Position numbers and translations under genes: made by a program | Notes under the pieces: model-generated | The model's input: the letters and a program-made list of their open reading frames with translations, nothing else | Database searches by the model: none | Told to the model about the DNA's origin: nothing | Shown: positions 10,116 to 20,047 of the stretch, one piece after another | Layout of the letters: every line of letters starts with the position of its first letter | How positions within the stretch are numbered: position 1 is the first letter of the stretch | Assembly (NCBI GenBank): GCA_041937175.2 | Contig: CP166615.1 | Span: 1,504,001 to 1,568,000, forward strand | DNA from: Limnothrix sp. BL-A-16 | GTDB lineage: Bacteria > Cyanobacteriota > Cyanobacteriia > CACIAM-69d | Direction of reading: 5' to 3' | Length of the DNA stretch: 64,000 nt

Positions 10116-10392
10116 TGCACAAGCTCCCTAGCGAATAGCTAAAGTTTTTGGGGAACCATCATCAGCTCAGTTACCCCATGCATGAGTTCATTGCAAGAAA
10201 GCAAAATCTTGGGTTTTATTCAAAAGAATTTGATGTGATATTCATTTAGAATCAATTCAGCATCATTAACGTATTAAAAGCCGACCGAAAAATTTAATAT
10301 GACACATCAAATGAAAAACGGTCTTTGCGTGAATGAATTTAGACATAAAAATATAAAGACCGTATTTTTCACAACCCATCACAATAATTGCC

Positions 10393-10939
10393 ATGTCACC
10401 TCGGATGCTGGAACTCACTGATCGCCTCTATGACTACCTGTTAGCGGTTTCCCTCCGCGAGCCAGCTATCTTGCAGGAGCTACGCGCAGTAACAACCTGC
10501 CATTCAGCAAATTGCGCCGGAGCAAGGGCAATTCATGGCTTTGCTGGTGCAACTATTGGGGGCGCAACGGGCGATCGAAATTGGCACTTTCACCGGCTAC
10601 AGCACCCTTTGTGTGGCCCTGGCTATGCCAGAGCAAGGGGAAATCATTGCCTGCGACATCAACGCCAACGACACCGCGATCGCCCAAGAATTTTGGCAGC
10701 AGGCCGGCATTGATCACAAAATTACCCTGAAAATTGCCCCAGCCCTGACCACGCTCGATCGCCTCTTGACCGAAGGGCGCGCCGATGAGTTTGACTTTGC
10801 CTTCATCGATGCGGACAAGAAAAACTACATCAACTATTTCGATTGCTGCCGTGAACTCGGGCGGCCCGGCGGGCTAATTGCGCCCTGTGCGATTGGCTAC
10901 TCAATATCCACGGCGATCAAATTTCACATAGTTAAGTAA
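10393..10939 (+). pseudogene. Class I SAM-dependent O-methyltransferase (caffeoyl-CoA OMT-like), frameshifted and 3'-truncated
   Basis: The N-terminus LYDYLLAVSLREP is in one frame and QIAPEQGQFMALL..EIGTFTGYS..FIDADK in another (shift near 10505). Family similarity stops after GGLIA (~10882), before the expected DN motif. Confidence 0.85.
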
Positions 10940-11065
10940 AAATAGTGAATGTTGTTAGACGTAAACAATTCATTGATTTGCTATTGATTTCAGATAAAAT
11001 CAAGAAGAGCTGCGTCACTCTGCCACACAACAAACTTTTGCCAAAATCAATTATTTGAAAAGTCA

Positions 11066-11956
11066 ATGCGAAAATTTCTTGATTTTGCCCCCGGCATCGA
11101 ATTCTATATCAAGATCGCAATTGCTTGCACACTACTTCAGCAAATATTTTTTTATTTTTTGGGAAATACTGGAATTTCCTTTCTGAATCAAGTTCTACTT
11201 TACTGGGCGGTTGGTTCTATTTCCTTTTATGGAATTGGCATCCTAATTGAAAAAGTCATCAAGAAAAATGATGTCTTGAAAGGAAAACTCATTGCAAGAG
11301 TTGTCAAGGTCAAGGAACAGCCATTTCCTGTTTTTACGGCAAAATCAGTTATTTTTGGCGAGCTGAAATCTTTGATTGCAGCATTTATCATTCTCTACCT
11401 AGCTCCGGAAGTTCACAGGGGTAACAGCCTAATGCTGAACGTTGGATGGTTCCTAATGAGAATTGTTATTGCAGACCTTTGTTTCTATATTTCGCACTGG
11501 CTACTTCACAGAAAGCCTTTTATAAGAATTCATCTGAAACATCATGAATTTCGTGATGCTTCTAGCTTTGTTGCTGGACATAAAAGTTTTCTTGAATACA
11601 TCATCACCACTTTGATAGATCTTCTGCCTATTTTTATATTTGGGTATGACATCACTCAACTCTGTGCATGGACGATTATAGGTAACATCTACAATCTAGA
11701 AGGCCATAGTTCATTGTCGATTTTCTTTATTTCATCTGATTTTCACGATCTTCATCATACTGGCTTCAATGGAAATTACGGTATTCAAGACTTTTGGGAT
11801 CGTGTATTCAACACTTTAAAACCAATAACAAAACAGCTGCGGCCCGTTTTTCCAGCGAATTATCTCCAACTGGGCAATCAGCACTTATCTTCTAAATTAC
11901 AAGAATCCGCTCAATCGACTACTGATTACGTAGTTGGAGAAGGAATAAACAAGTAA
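11066..11956 (+). CDS. Sterol desaturase / fatty acid hydroxylase family membrane protein
   Basis: His boxes HWLLH, HLKHH, HDLHH; GNYG..FWDRVF; AT-rich. Confidence 0.85.
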   Translation: MRKFLDFAPGIEFYIKIAIACTLLQQIFFYFLGNTGISFLNQVLLYWAVGSISFYGIGILIEKVIKKNDVLKGKLIARVVKVKEQPFPVFTAKSVIFGELKSLIAAFIILYLAPEVHRGNSLMLNVGWFLMRIVIADLCFYISHWLLHRKPFIRIHLKHHEFRDASSFVAGHKSFLEYIITTLIDLLPIFIFGYDITQLCAWTIIGNIYNLEGHSSLSIFFISSDFHDLHHTGFNGNYGIQDFWDRVFNTLKPITKQLRPVFPANYLQLGNQHLSSKLQESAQSTTDYVVGEGINK

Positions 11957-12026
11957 CAGAATTGAATAGGTGAAAGTGATGGGCTACATTGAAATCCGGA
12001 ATTAAGAATCCTTAATTGATATCAGC

Positions 12027-12077
12027 ATCGATCATTGGATTCGCGATCGCCGATCGGGGTAGCCGAGGAGTTCAAGT
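12027..12077 (+). repeat. 51-bp remnant matching the Uma2 gene interior (6688-6738)
   Basis: atcgatcattggattcgcgatcgccgatcggggtagccgaggagttcaagt; 4 mismatches to 6688-6738; contains HIP1. Confidence 0.85.
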
Positions 12078-12100
12078 TTAGCTTTTTACGCATTCCCTAA

Positions 12101-12231
12101 GAGGATGCCTGAAAAGCCAAAATTAATACAATGCTTGTTCCAGCGATCGACGGAAATAAGGGGCTTAAGCCCCTTGCTGCCACGACTATTGGCGCTTAGT
12201 TCGGGCCGAAAGATACTTTTCAGACATCCTC
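12101..12231. mobile_element. MITE family A (131 bp)
   Basis: Ends gaggatgcctgaaaag / cttttcagacatcctc; TAA on both sides; central aaggggcttaagcccttg. Confidence 0.88.
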
Positions 12232-12821
12232 TAAGGTGCATTTTCCCAATCGGGAGAGAGGGCACGGAAATTAAAGAAGTCAGCGCGGGGATGGCAACGA
12301 ATGCAGGTGCTGAGTTGAACGGGGTCTGGTAGCTGGACGCGAGGGTGCAAAGCCTTGAAGGTGGTGGTTCTGCCAACGCGGTAGTTAATTTGTTCGTTAT
12401 TTTCGGCGGGGCGTGAATATTCTTTCAAATAGTTCCAAATGATTTGGAGGCTGGGATCTCGGGGTGTCTCAATGGTGGTTCCGTAGTGGTCGCGATCGCG
12501 AATTAGATTTCGCCAAACCTGACTGGGCATTAATCCTGGGGGCACGCCGATATGGCAGGAGGCACAATTTTCCAGGTACAGTTCTCGCCCCAGCGTGAAA
12601 GAGGGCGCAACGCGATCGATGTCGCCGTTGGGGTCGATTAACACCGATCGTTCGGCTTGGGCGATGACCGATCGATCAGAATCCGCGATCGGGAGCGAAC
12701 TAGGCGCGATCGCCCGGGCCAGCCCGACCCCAAACAGCATGGCCAGCAGTGCCAGCAGGAGCGCAATCCCCCAGGATGCACGCCGCGATCGGATGAGATG
12801 CCCAAATTTGCTGTCTGCCAT
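12231..12821 (-). CDS. Dihaem cytochrome c family protein
   Basis: Two CxxCH motifs (CASCH, CIRCH); N-terminal hydrophobic signal/anchor. Confidence 0.88.
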   Translation of the reverse strand: MADSKFGHLIRSRRASWGIALLLALLAMLFGVGLARAIAPSSLPIADSDRSVIAQAERSVLIDPNGDIDRVAPSFTLGRELYLENCASCHIGVPPGLMPSQVWRNLIRDRDHYGTTIETPRDPSLQIIWNYLKEYSRPAENNEQINYRVGRTTTFKALHPRVQLPDPVQLSTCIRCHPRADFFNFRALSPDWENAP

Positions 12822-12868
12822 GCCCGATGGTTGCCGTGAAGGATTTAGAGGAAAGGAATGGGTGGGAG

Positions 12869-13807
12869 CTAGTCTACGGAAATCGTTTGCAAGAGCCGAT
12901 CGACCACAGTACGGGCGTTTTTGCCCCCAGCGGGAATCAAGCGGTGTGCCAAAACCGAGAGCGCCAATTGTTTCACGTCATCGGGCAAAATATAATCCCG
13001 ATTTTGCAAGAAGGCGAGGGCCTGGGCGGAACGTTGCATGGCAACCGCGCCCCGGGGACTGACTCCAAGGGTGATTTCATCATCTTGGCGGGTCGATCGC
13101 ACCAGGCGCAGGATATAGTCCTGGACTGCGGCGGAAACCTGCACTTGGCGACAGGCTTTTTGCAGTTCCCGCACCGACTCCAGCGTAATGCAGGGTTGCA
13201 AATCTTGGTCGATCGCCCCCATCTGGTGTCGCTGCAACATCCGCAGTTCATCTTCCGCCGACGGATAGCCTAGGGAAAAGGACAGGGCAAAGCGATCCAT
13301 TTGGGCTTCCGGAAGCGGAAACGTTCCTTGATACTCGATCGGGTTTTGGGTCGCAATCACAAAAAACGGCTCCGGCACGGGCCGCGACAACCCATCCAAG
13401 GTCACCTGTCGCTCTTCCATCACTTCCAACAACGCCGCTTGAGTGCGCGGTGTGGCCCGGTTAATTTCATCGGCCAACAACACATTGCTGAAAGCGGGCC
13501 CCGCCACAAACTCGAATTGCCCCTTTTGGGGGTTCCAAATATTGGTACCGGTCACGTCAGCGGGCAACAGGTCGGGGGTGCATTGCAAGCGCTGGAACTT
13601 GCCATCAATCGATCGCGCCAGGGACTTGGCCAACAGCGTTTTGCCCACTCCGGGCACATCCTCTAGCAGCGCATGGCCGCCCCCCAGCAGCGCCACCAAC
13701 ACAAGCTGGATCGCTTCATCTTTGCCAACGATCGCCCGTTGGAGATTGTTCTGAAGTGCTTGCAGCGCCTGTTTATGCGATTCGAGCGTTGGCGAACTTT
13801 CACCCAT
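12869..13807 (-). CDS. MoxR family AAA+ ATPase
   Basis: LLEDVPGVGKT, LLADEINRATPRTQAALLE, ATQNPIE, PLPEAQMDRF. Confidence 0.95.
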   Translation of the reverse strand: MGESSPTLESHKQALQALQNNLQRAIVGKDEAIQLVLVALLGGGHALLEDVPGVGKTLLAKSLARSIDGKFQRLQCTPDLLPADVTGTNIWNPQKGQFEFVAGPAFSNVLLADEINRATPRTQAALLEVMEERQVTLDGLSRPVPEPFFVIATQNPIEYQGTFPLPEAQMDRFALSFSLGYPSAEDELRMLQRHQMGAIDQDLQPCITLESVRELQKACRQVQVSAAVQDYILRLVRSTRQDDEITLGVSPRGAVAMQRSAQALAFLQNRDYILPDDVKQLALSVLAHRLIPAGGKNARTVVDRLLQTISVD

Positions 13808-13961
13808 GATTCAATCCTAAAATTTGGCCTGACTTGGCAAAGCCAGCTCCATCACTTCAGCTCCAAGGGTGCAGCCCCAAGGGTGCGGCCCCAAGCCATC
13901 TGCCAGCCATGGAACGGTTTGTCTGAATTCATCGGAGGGACTGGGAAAACCTCCCGTCAGC

Positions 13962-14927
13962 TTAACTTAAGGGAACAGCAGTGAGGCGATCGCGGGCCTG
14001 TTCACGATCCTGCTCAATTTGAGTTTTCAGGTCTGCCAAAGAGGCAAACCGCTGCTCTGGGCGCAGAAAATCCACTAACTCGATCGTCACCCATTGTCCA
14101 TACAAATCCCCTGACCAGTCCAGCAGATGCACCTCCACGGTTACCGCCGCTTGTTCTCCCACCGTCGGCCGCCGACCAACATTCGTGACCCCCGGCCCCA
14201 CGGAACCATCGGCCAAGGTGACCCGCACCGCATAGACCCCCAATCGGGGCAGTAGTTTTTCGGGGGAAATGGCTAGGTTGGCCGTTGGGAAGCCCAATTG
14301 CCGCCCCAGTTGTTGACCCGCTTCCACCCGTCCAGTAATCGCGTAGGGCCGACCCAGGAGTTCTTGGGCCTTGTACAAATCCCCATCCAAGAGAGCGGCC
14401 CGAATTCGGGAACTGCTGATGCGGCCCTCTTGGTCGGACATCAGCGACACGATTTTGACCGGCACGCCAAATTCGGCGGCAATTTCCCGCAGGCGATCGG
14501 CCGTTCCCGATCGCCCCCGGCCAAAATGAAAATCTGCCCCCACGGCGATCGCCCGGGCCTGCAAGCCCCGAATCAGGATCTCAACCGTAAAATCCTCAGG
14601 GGTCAAATCCGCCAGCGATCGCCCAAAGGGCAGAATCACAAATTGCTCAATTCCCAGCCGATCGAGCACCTGCGCCTTCTCATCCATCGGCGTGAGCAAA
14701 GGGTGCGATCGCCCACTGAAAAACGCCTTGGGGTGGGGCGAAAAGGAAACCACCGTACTCACCGGCATCGAACCTGGCTCAGCGGCAGAATCACTTGGGT
14801 CGATCGCCGGGCCATTCAAAATTGGCGCAATTACCCGTTGGTGACCCCGATGCACACCATCAAAATTACCAAGCGCGATCGTGGTCGGCGACAGTACCGA
14901 ATCCAGTGCAGACGTGATCCAGACCAA
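13962..14927 (-). CDS. ribF: Bifunctional riboflavin kinase / FAD synthetase
   Basis: GNFDGVHRGH, ISSSRIR, LGFPTAN, GRRPTV, EVHLLD. Confidence 0.95.
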   Translation of the reverse strand: MVWITSALDSVLSPTTIALGNFDGVHRGHQRVIAPILNGPAIDPSDSAAEPGSMPVSTVVSFSPHPKAFFSGRSHPLLTPMDEKAQVLDRLGIEQFVILPFGRSLADLTPEDFTVEILIRGLQARAIAVGADFHFGRGRSGTADRLREIAAEFGVPVKIVSLMSDQEGRISSSRIRAALLDGDLYKAQELLGRPYAITGRVEAGQQLGRQLGFPTANLAISPEKLLPRLGVYAVRVTLADGSVGPGVTNVGRRPTVGEQAAVTVEVHLLDWSGDLYGQWVTIELVDFLRPEQRFASLADLKTQIEQDREQARDRLTAVPLS

Positions 14928-15044
14928 TAGGACTCTCTAAGCTCCCCGAACAACAAACTCCTGCGAGCTGCGCCCTCTCAATCGATCGACAACCTAGAGC
15001 GATGACCTAGACCTAGATCCAGGTTCATGACTCCGATGCATCAC

Positions 15045-15120
15045 CTAGCTCAAGACCTGCTAGCTCAAGACTGGCCAGATCAAAGACCCATCAGCTCAAG
15101 ACTTCCTAGCTCAAGACCCG
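15045..15120. repeat. Degenerate ~15-bp tandem repeat, 5 copies
   Basis: ctagctcaagacctg / ctagctcaagactgg / ccagatcaaagaccca / tcagctcaagacttc / ctagctcaagacccg. Confidence 0.75.
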
Positions 15121-15176
15121 ATCGGGGCAATTTCAGCTTAATCCAGGTATGCAATCTAGGGATGGCTGTCAGTCAT

Positions 15177-16076
15177 CTAGGCGAGCACCGTCACCTCTGG
15201 GCGAATGGTCGGTTGTTCTGGTCGTCGGGGGGTCAGTTGAATTGTCATCCCCTCCATCGCAATCAACGCATGGGGGAAAGCCGCCGCCGCCTGCCGACCC
15301 ATCTCATCCAAGAAGGCATCCGTGTGCAGAGGATCATGATGGAAAATGACCAACTGGTCAACATTGGCCGCCTTCGCCACCTTCACCGCCTCTTGCCAGG
15401 TGGAATGGCCCCAGCCCACCTTGCTGGTCTTAGGCGAATGGTATTCATCGTCGGTGTAGGTGGCATCGTAAATCAGCACATCCGCATCCTTGGCCAGGTG
15501 CAGCACGTTCTCGTCCAGGCGATCGGAAAAATGTTCCGTATCGGTGACGTAAGCCACAACCCGCCCTTGCCAGGTGATGCGATAGCCCACCGCTTCGCCG
15601 GGGTGATTGAGAGACGCATTTTCCACATGCAGATCATCGATTGAGATCGTGTCTCCCACCTGCATGTCATAGAACGCCAAATCCGCCCCCATCACTTGCA
15701 GAGGAACCGGGAAGTTGGGATGCAACATTTGGTCATTCATGCGCTGCTTAATCGTCGCCCCATTGGGCGCGGGCGCTCCATAGATGTGGAAGCGATTGCC
15801 CTTGATAAAAGCAGGCACGAAGAACGGGAAGCCTTGAATGTGGTCCCAATGACTGTGGGTGAAGAACATGTGGGCTTCAACGGGCATCTCGGCTAGCATG
15901 GATTGCCCCAAGACCCTTAACCCCGTACCACCATCAAAAATCAACCGACGATCGCCCACGCGCATTTCGACACAGGGGGTGTTACCGCCGTATTTAACCG
16001 TCTCAGGGCCCGGGCAGGGAATACTGCCACGAACACCCCAAAAGCGGATCTGGAACTGGCTGTTCGGACTGGACAT
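15177..16076 (-). CDS. MBL-fold metallo-hydrolase (RNase Z / phosphodiesterase-like)
   Basis: FWGVRGSIP, THSHWDHIQG, NHPG, TDTEH, GWGHS, FHHDP. Confidence 0.9.
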   Translation of the reverse strand: MSSPNSQFQIRFWGVRGSIPCPGPETVKYGGNTPCVEMRVGDRRLIFDGGTGLRVLGQSMLAEMPVEAHMFFTHSHWDHIQGFPFFVPAFIKGNRFHIYGAPAPNGATIKQRMNDQMLHPNFPVPLQVMGADLAFYDMQVGDTISIDDLHVENASLNHPGEAVGYRITWQGRVVAYVTDTEHFSDRLDENVLHLAKDADVLIYDATYTDDEYHSPKTSKVGWGHSTWQEAVKVAKAANVDQLVIFHHDPLHTDAFLDEMGRQAAAAFPHALIAMEGMTIQLTPRRPEQPTIRPEVTVLA

Positions 16077-17325
16077 GGGTAAGCGGATAAGCCAAATTTC
16101 AGTGCAGAGTGACGCTCCCCGATGCCATACAGCCTAGCGCGATCGGTCGCATGACTGGGGAAAACATTGCGGTGGGTCAGCAGATGGAGATTCAGGCGGA
16201 ATTCATACAGAGCATGACCAACGATGTTTGCCGAAAGCATTGCCGAAAACAACCGACGGTCGCAGCTCGGCCCTGGGCATAGATTGCATTGCTGAAGAAT
16301 GCATCTCTAGAATTTTCAGCAAGAATTCCCAGTGAGGAATCTCGGCTTGAAGCTCTAGATTGACTTTGCGTTAGGCCAATTGATGCACAGGGATTCGCAA
16401 GATGCAAGGTGGTTGGACTGTCACCCAGGTAGAGTTTGGTTAAACCAAAACTAGAGTAAAGCCGCATTCGCACAGGCGAGGTGATTTAAATCAAAGCTTG
16501 TCCCGATTGCCGTCAGATTTGTAGTCTGGGATAGCATTTGGGCAATTCTAAAATTTTCATCGACCTGGAGCTTTGACCCAGATCCTCGACCCAGATCCTC
16601 GCCTCAGATGCCAAAGCCAGCGTCGGGCCCTGAGCGGCTCCGCACCCCCTGGATCCAGATCCTGAATTCGGATAACGGATTGATTCAGACCGATCGATCA
16701 GCAAGCGTGAAATTCCAGCAGCGCTGGGTGACTTCGATTTTGACCCGTTGGGCCCCGATCGTGCCAGGTTATGACCCGACAACTATATTGACCTAATCTG
16801 ACTCAATTGGGCACTAACTGTTTTTGACGAATCGGAACCGATGGCAGGTGGGGGTTGCCCAAGGAAGCGATCAAACCTGAACCTGTTGAACCTCCCAGAA
16901 TCTTAGCTGACATTCTCTGCCGGCCTGTGAGGGAGAACACAGGCGATCGGGGCAATTTCAGCAAGGATTTAGGGTAGGTTATCCCTCGTTTCGCAGATTG
17001 GGGAACAGCGTCCGGAATCCTTAAGGCTTCCAGAGCAATTCCGGCCCAGATGATTCGGGCCAAGCGCCATCGCCAAACGCCATGGCCCAGACTTGGCTAG
17101 GATCCCTGTGGTCAAGATCTGCCGCTAGACATCGGAGCCGTCTTTGATTCATTCTGGGTCTGATCTGACCGGTCTTGATTGGATTTGAAGACAAGCGGAT
17201 ACTAGCCCCTACCATTGGCTTGGGCTGAGTCCGCCGATCGGGGGTCACCCTGGAGTCATTGCCTGAGAGTGATGACTGGGGAGTGATGAACTTGGGGAGA
17301 ACTGCTGGGGCGTGGGTCTGCCTGA

Positions 17326-17456
17326 GAGGATGTCTGAGAAGCATCTTTCAGTACGGGCCAAGCATCAATTATCGTGGGGGCAAGGGGCTTAAGCCCCTTG
17401 TTTGCGTTGATCGCTGGAGCATACAGAGTAGCAATTTTGGCTTTTCAGACATCCTC
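17326..17456. mobile_element. MITE family A (131 bp), best-preserved copy
   Basis: Ends gaggatgtctgagaag / cttttcagacatcctc; TGA on both sides; perfect caaggggcttaagccccttg core. Confidence 0.92.
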
Positions 17457-17609
17457 TGAGCTGTGCCTCTGTTTAAGCTTTCCTGGAGATCTCCATCTTT
17501 TATCCCTGCGCTGTTGACTACTGTTGACTACTGGTGTGGCTGATCGTGATCCAACTGCTACTTAGTCTATTGAATTGCTCTAACCAGTGCCATTAGGAGA
17601 CCATTTACC

Positions 17610-18869
17610 ATGCGATCGCGCACTGTCCGAGAGGGGGCCGTTGGTCTGCTGGTGCTATTGGGACTGGGGCTGGTTGCGGTGCTGAGTCTGTGGCTCAGTG
17701 AAACCTATTTGGGTCGTCGTCCCTATCGTTTAATTGTTGAGTTTGCCAATGCTGATGGGCTAAAGGTTGGCTCGCCGGTTTTGTTCCGTGGCGTACCGGT
17801 TGGCAAGGTGACAGACATTCGGGCGGCTTCCAACTCGGTTGATGTGGTGATTGAGGTTGAAAATCCGGAGTTACGGATGCCTCGCCAATCCTCGGCGGAA
17901 GTCGATCGCACCGGGTTGATTGGCGAAGCCTCGTTGGCCATTCGCCCCCTCAACGACAACCACCCAGTGCCCACGGTGGGGCCGGGGCCAACCCAAGGGG
18001 ACTGTGATTCCCAGTTGTTGCTTTGTGGGGGCGATCGCCTGGTGGGCAGCCCGCCGATTAACTACGGATCGTTGATTCGGGCGATCGTCAAAATTGCGGA
18101 TTTGATTACGGATCCGACGTTTCAAGGCAAGGTCGATCGAGCCATGGGTAACCTCAACGCCACCACGGTCGAAATTCGCCAGCTCAGTCGGGATGCAGCC
18201 AGTTTGGCACGAACCCTTCAGCAGGAGGTGCGCACCTTTGGCAACACGGCCCGTTCCATTACCCGCACCTCGGACACCATTAATCGCGCCACGGGCAACA
18301 CCACCACGGCCATTGTTCGCACCGCCAATTCCCTGGAGCAAACCAGTACGAGCGTTAATGGGCTAATTGTCAGTAACCGGGGGAATTTGAGCCGAACATT
18401 AACCAGCTTGGCGGAAACCAGCGCGAGTCTGCGCAACGCGTTGGGAGAGGTTGCGCCGGCCATGCGTCAGTTACGCGGCAGCAACCTCTTGCAGAATTTG
18501 GATGCGCTGACGGAAAATGCGGCCCAAACGGCGGCCAATTTGCGGGACATCACGGGGGCGATTAAGAGTCCCCAAAGTCTGTTGATGTTGCAGCAAACGG
18601 TGAATTCCGCGCGATCGACCCTCCAAAATCTTGAAAAAATCACCAGTGATTTGGATGAGCTGACGGGCGATCCACAATTTCGCAGCAGCTTGCGGGTGAT
18701 TATTACAGCGCTGGGGCAATTTCTGGCCACTACGCAACAGCTTGAGGAACAGGTGCAAGCTCCGGGCCCGGGGCCGGAACGGGCAACCCCGCCGACCAAT
18801 CGACCTGCTAACCGGCCCGCTAACCGATCCGAAAGTGAACCGGATGTGGATGTGCGGTTTGAGCGTTAG
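17610..18869 (+). CDS. mlaD: MlaD/MCE family lipid transport substrate-binding protein
   Basis: MRSRTVREGAVGL + TM helix; MCE domain (GLKVGSPVLFRGVPVGKV, GLIGE); coiled-coil tail. Confidence 0.9.
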   Translation: MRSRTVREGAVGLLVLLGLGLVAVLSLWLSETYLGRRPYRLIVEFANADGLKVGSPVLFRGVPVGKVTDIRAASNSVDVVIEVENPELRMPRQSSAEVDRTGLIGEASLAIRPLNDNHPVPTVGPGPTQGDCDSQLLLCGGDRLVGSPPINYGSLIRAIVKIADLITDPTFQGKVDRAMGNLNATTVEIRQLSRDAASLARTLQQEVRTFGNTARSITRTSDTINRATGNTTTAIVRTANSLEQTSTSVNGLIVSNRGNLSRTLTSLAETSASLRNALGEVAPAMRQLRGSNLLQNLDALTENAAQTAANLRDITGAIKSPQSLLMLQQTVNSARSTLQNLEKITSDLDELTGDPQFRSSLRVIITALGQFLATTQQLEEQVQAPGPGPERATPPTNRPANRPANRSESEPDVDVRFER

Positions 18870-18945
18870 TGGTTTGAGTGTTCGTGGCTTGAGCGTTAAG
18901 AATTTGGGCGCTAGTGGTTTGAGTGTTAGGGATTTGAGTGTTTGT
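18856..18945. repeat. Degenerate 15-bp tandem repeat, 6 copies
   Basis: ggtttgagcgttagt / ggtttgagtgttcgt / ggcttgagcgttaag / aatttgggcgctagt / ggtttgagtgttagg / gatttgagtgtttgt; overlaps the mlaD stop. Confidence 0.8.
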
Positions 18946-18965
18946 GCAGGCAGCCGATCGCCCGC

Positions 18966-19274
18966 TTAATCTGCTTCGGGAGCCTCGTAATCCGGAGGAA
19001 AATCCGCTGCGGGCCACAGCAGTCGCAAACCCATGACTGCAAACCCGATCGCGGCGGCGGCCTTCACCAAGCGGGTGGGCAACAGTTGGGCCGTGCCCTC
19101 GCCAATCACAACCCCAATCAGGCTGGCGAACACCAGGGCGGCTGCCGTGCCCGCAAATATGGCGCGGGGCGATCGGGAACCACCGCTGAGGGCGATCGCC
19201 GCCAGTTGGCTCTTGTCGCCCAATTCCGCCAAAAACACGGTGATAAAACTCAGACCCAATAATTGCCAGTTCAT
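18966..19274 (-). CDS. TMEM165/GDT1 (UPF0016) half-transporter
   Basis: FLAELGDKSQ motif; three hydrophobic segments. Confidence 0.9.
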   Translation of the reverse strand: MNWQLLGLSFITVFLAELGDKSQLAAIALSGGSRSPRAIFAGTAAALVFASLIGVVIGEGTAQLLPTRLVKAAAAIGFAVMGLRLLWPAADFPPDYEAPEAD

Positions 19275-19277
19275 TGC

Positions 19278-19706
19278 CTATCCTCCAACCATGGCTTCCC
19301 ACAACAGGGAGACGGATACCATCAACAAAATCGCGCCCACGATGGTTTCCAAGGTTTTGATCGATACCCAACGGGCCAAGAGCTGGCCCAACAGCACACC
19401 GACCAAACTGGTGGAAATCAGGGCGATCGTGGCTCCCAAAAACACCACCCAAGGTTGATGGGACTCGGCGGCCATCAGCAGAACAGCCACTTGCGTTTTG
19501 TCCCCAAATTCCGCCAAAAAGATGGCGATGAAGGTGGAGGCAAAGGCGCTGAGGAAACTACTGCGGGCGCTGGCGGTGGAGGGTTGGGCCGCTGGTGGGC
19601 GATCGGGTTGAGCCTCGGACTGGGCCGGGGTGAGGGCAGAAGGATCAGACAAGTTCACGGGATCTCGTAACGGCGGCGGGAAACGGCGAAAACAAGGCGA
19701 AAACAA
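19278..19706 (-). CDS. TMEM165/GDT1 (UPF0016) half-transporter (start uncertain)
   Basis: FLAEFGDKTQ motif; three hydrophobic segments. Confidence 0.88.
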   Translation of the reverse strand: MFSPCFRRFPPPLRDPVNLSDPSALTPAQSEAQPDRPPAAQPSTASARSSFLSAFASTFIAIFLAEFGDKTQVAVLLMAAESHQPWVVFLGATIALISTSLVGVLLGQLLARWVSIKTLETIVGAILLMVSVSLLWEAMVGG

Positions 19707-20047
19707 ACGGAATCAGCGAGAATTAGTGCTGATTTTCACAGTGCTTTCATTTTTGATGACCCTATTCTATCGCTGATGTTGCGGATGGTTTGGGGAATTG
19801 CAGTGCAGGAATTCCGGCGAGCTTGGAACTGGATCAATGGGAGCAGGGCCATGGCCAACTGGCCCTTCAGAAGTGATCGATGCGGCCAGTTCCGCCAGTT
19901 CCGTCACAGCGGTGAGTTGGGTGAGTTTGCGGGATGGGTGCGCTATGGTTGGGGCGATCGAGAGTTGCCGGAATTGCCGAAACCGGACGGCGGCGATCGA
20001 TCCAACGGGCCAACGGCCCCACAGTGGTGTGAAGGAGACAATCGAAC

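Noticed and set aside
12086..12376. Short ORFs containing KGLKPL / GLSPL (also 17259-17459, 21251-21469, 45923-46174, 52627-52815)
   Set aside because: They are translations of the repeated palindrome, not a protein family.
15027..15644. 205-aa plus-strand ORF with LAQD repeats
   Set aside because: Made of the 15-bp tandem repeat plus the antisense of the MBL hydrolase.
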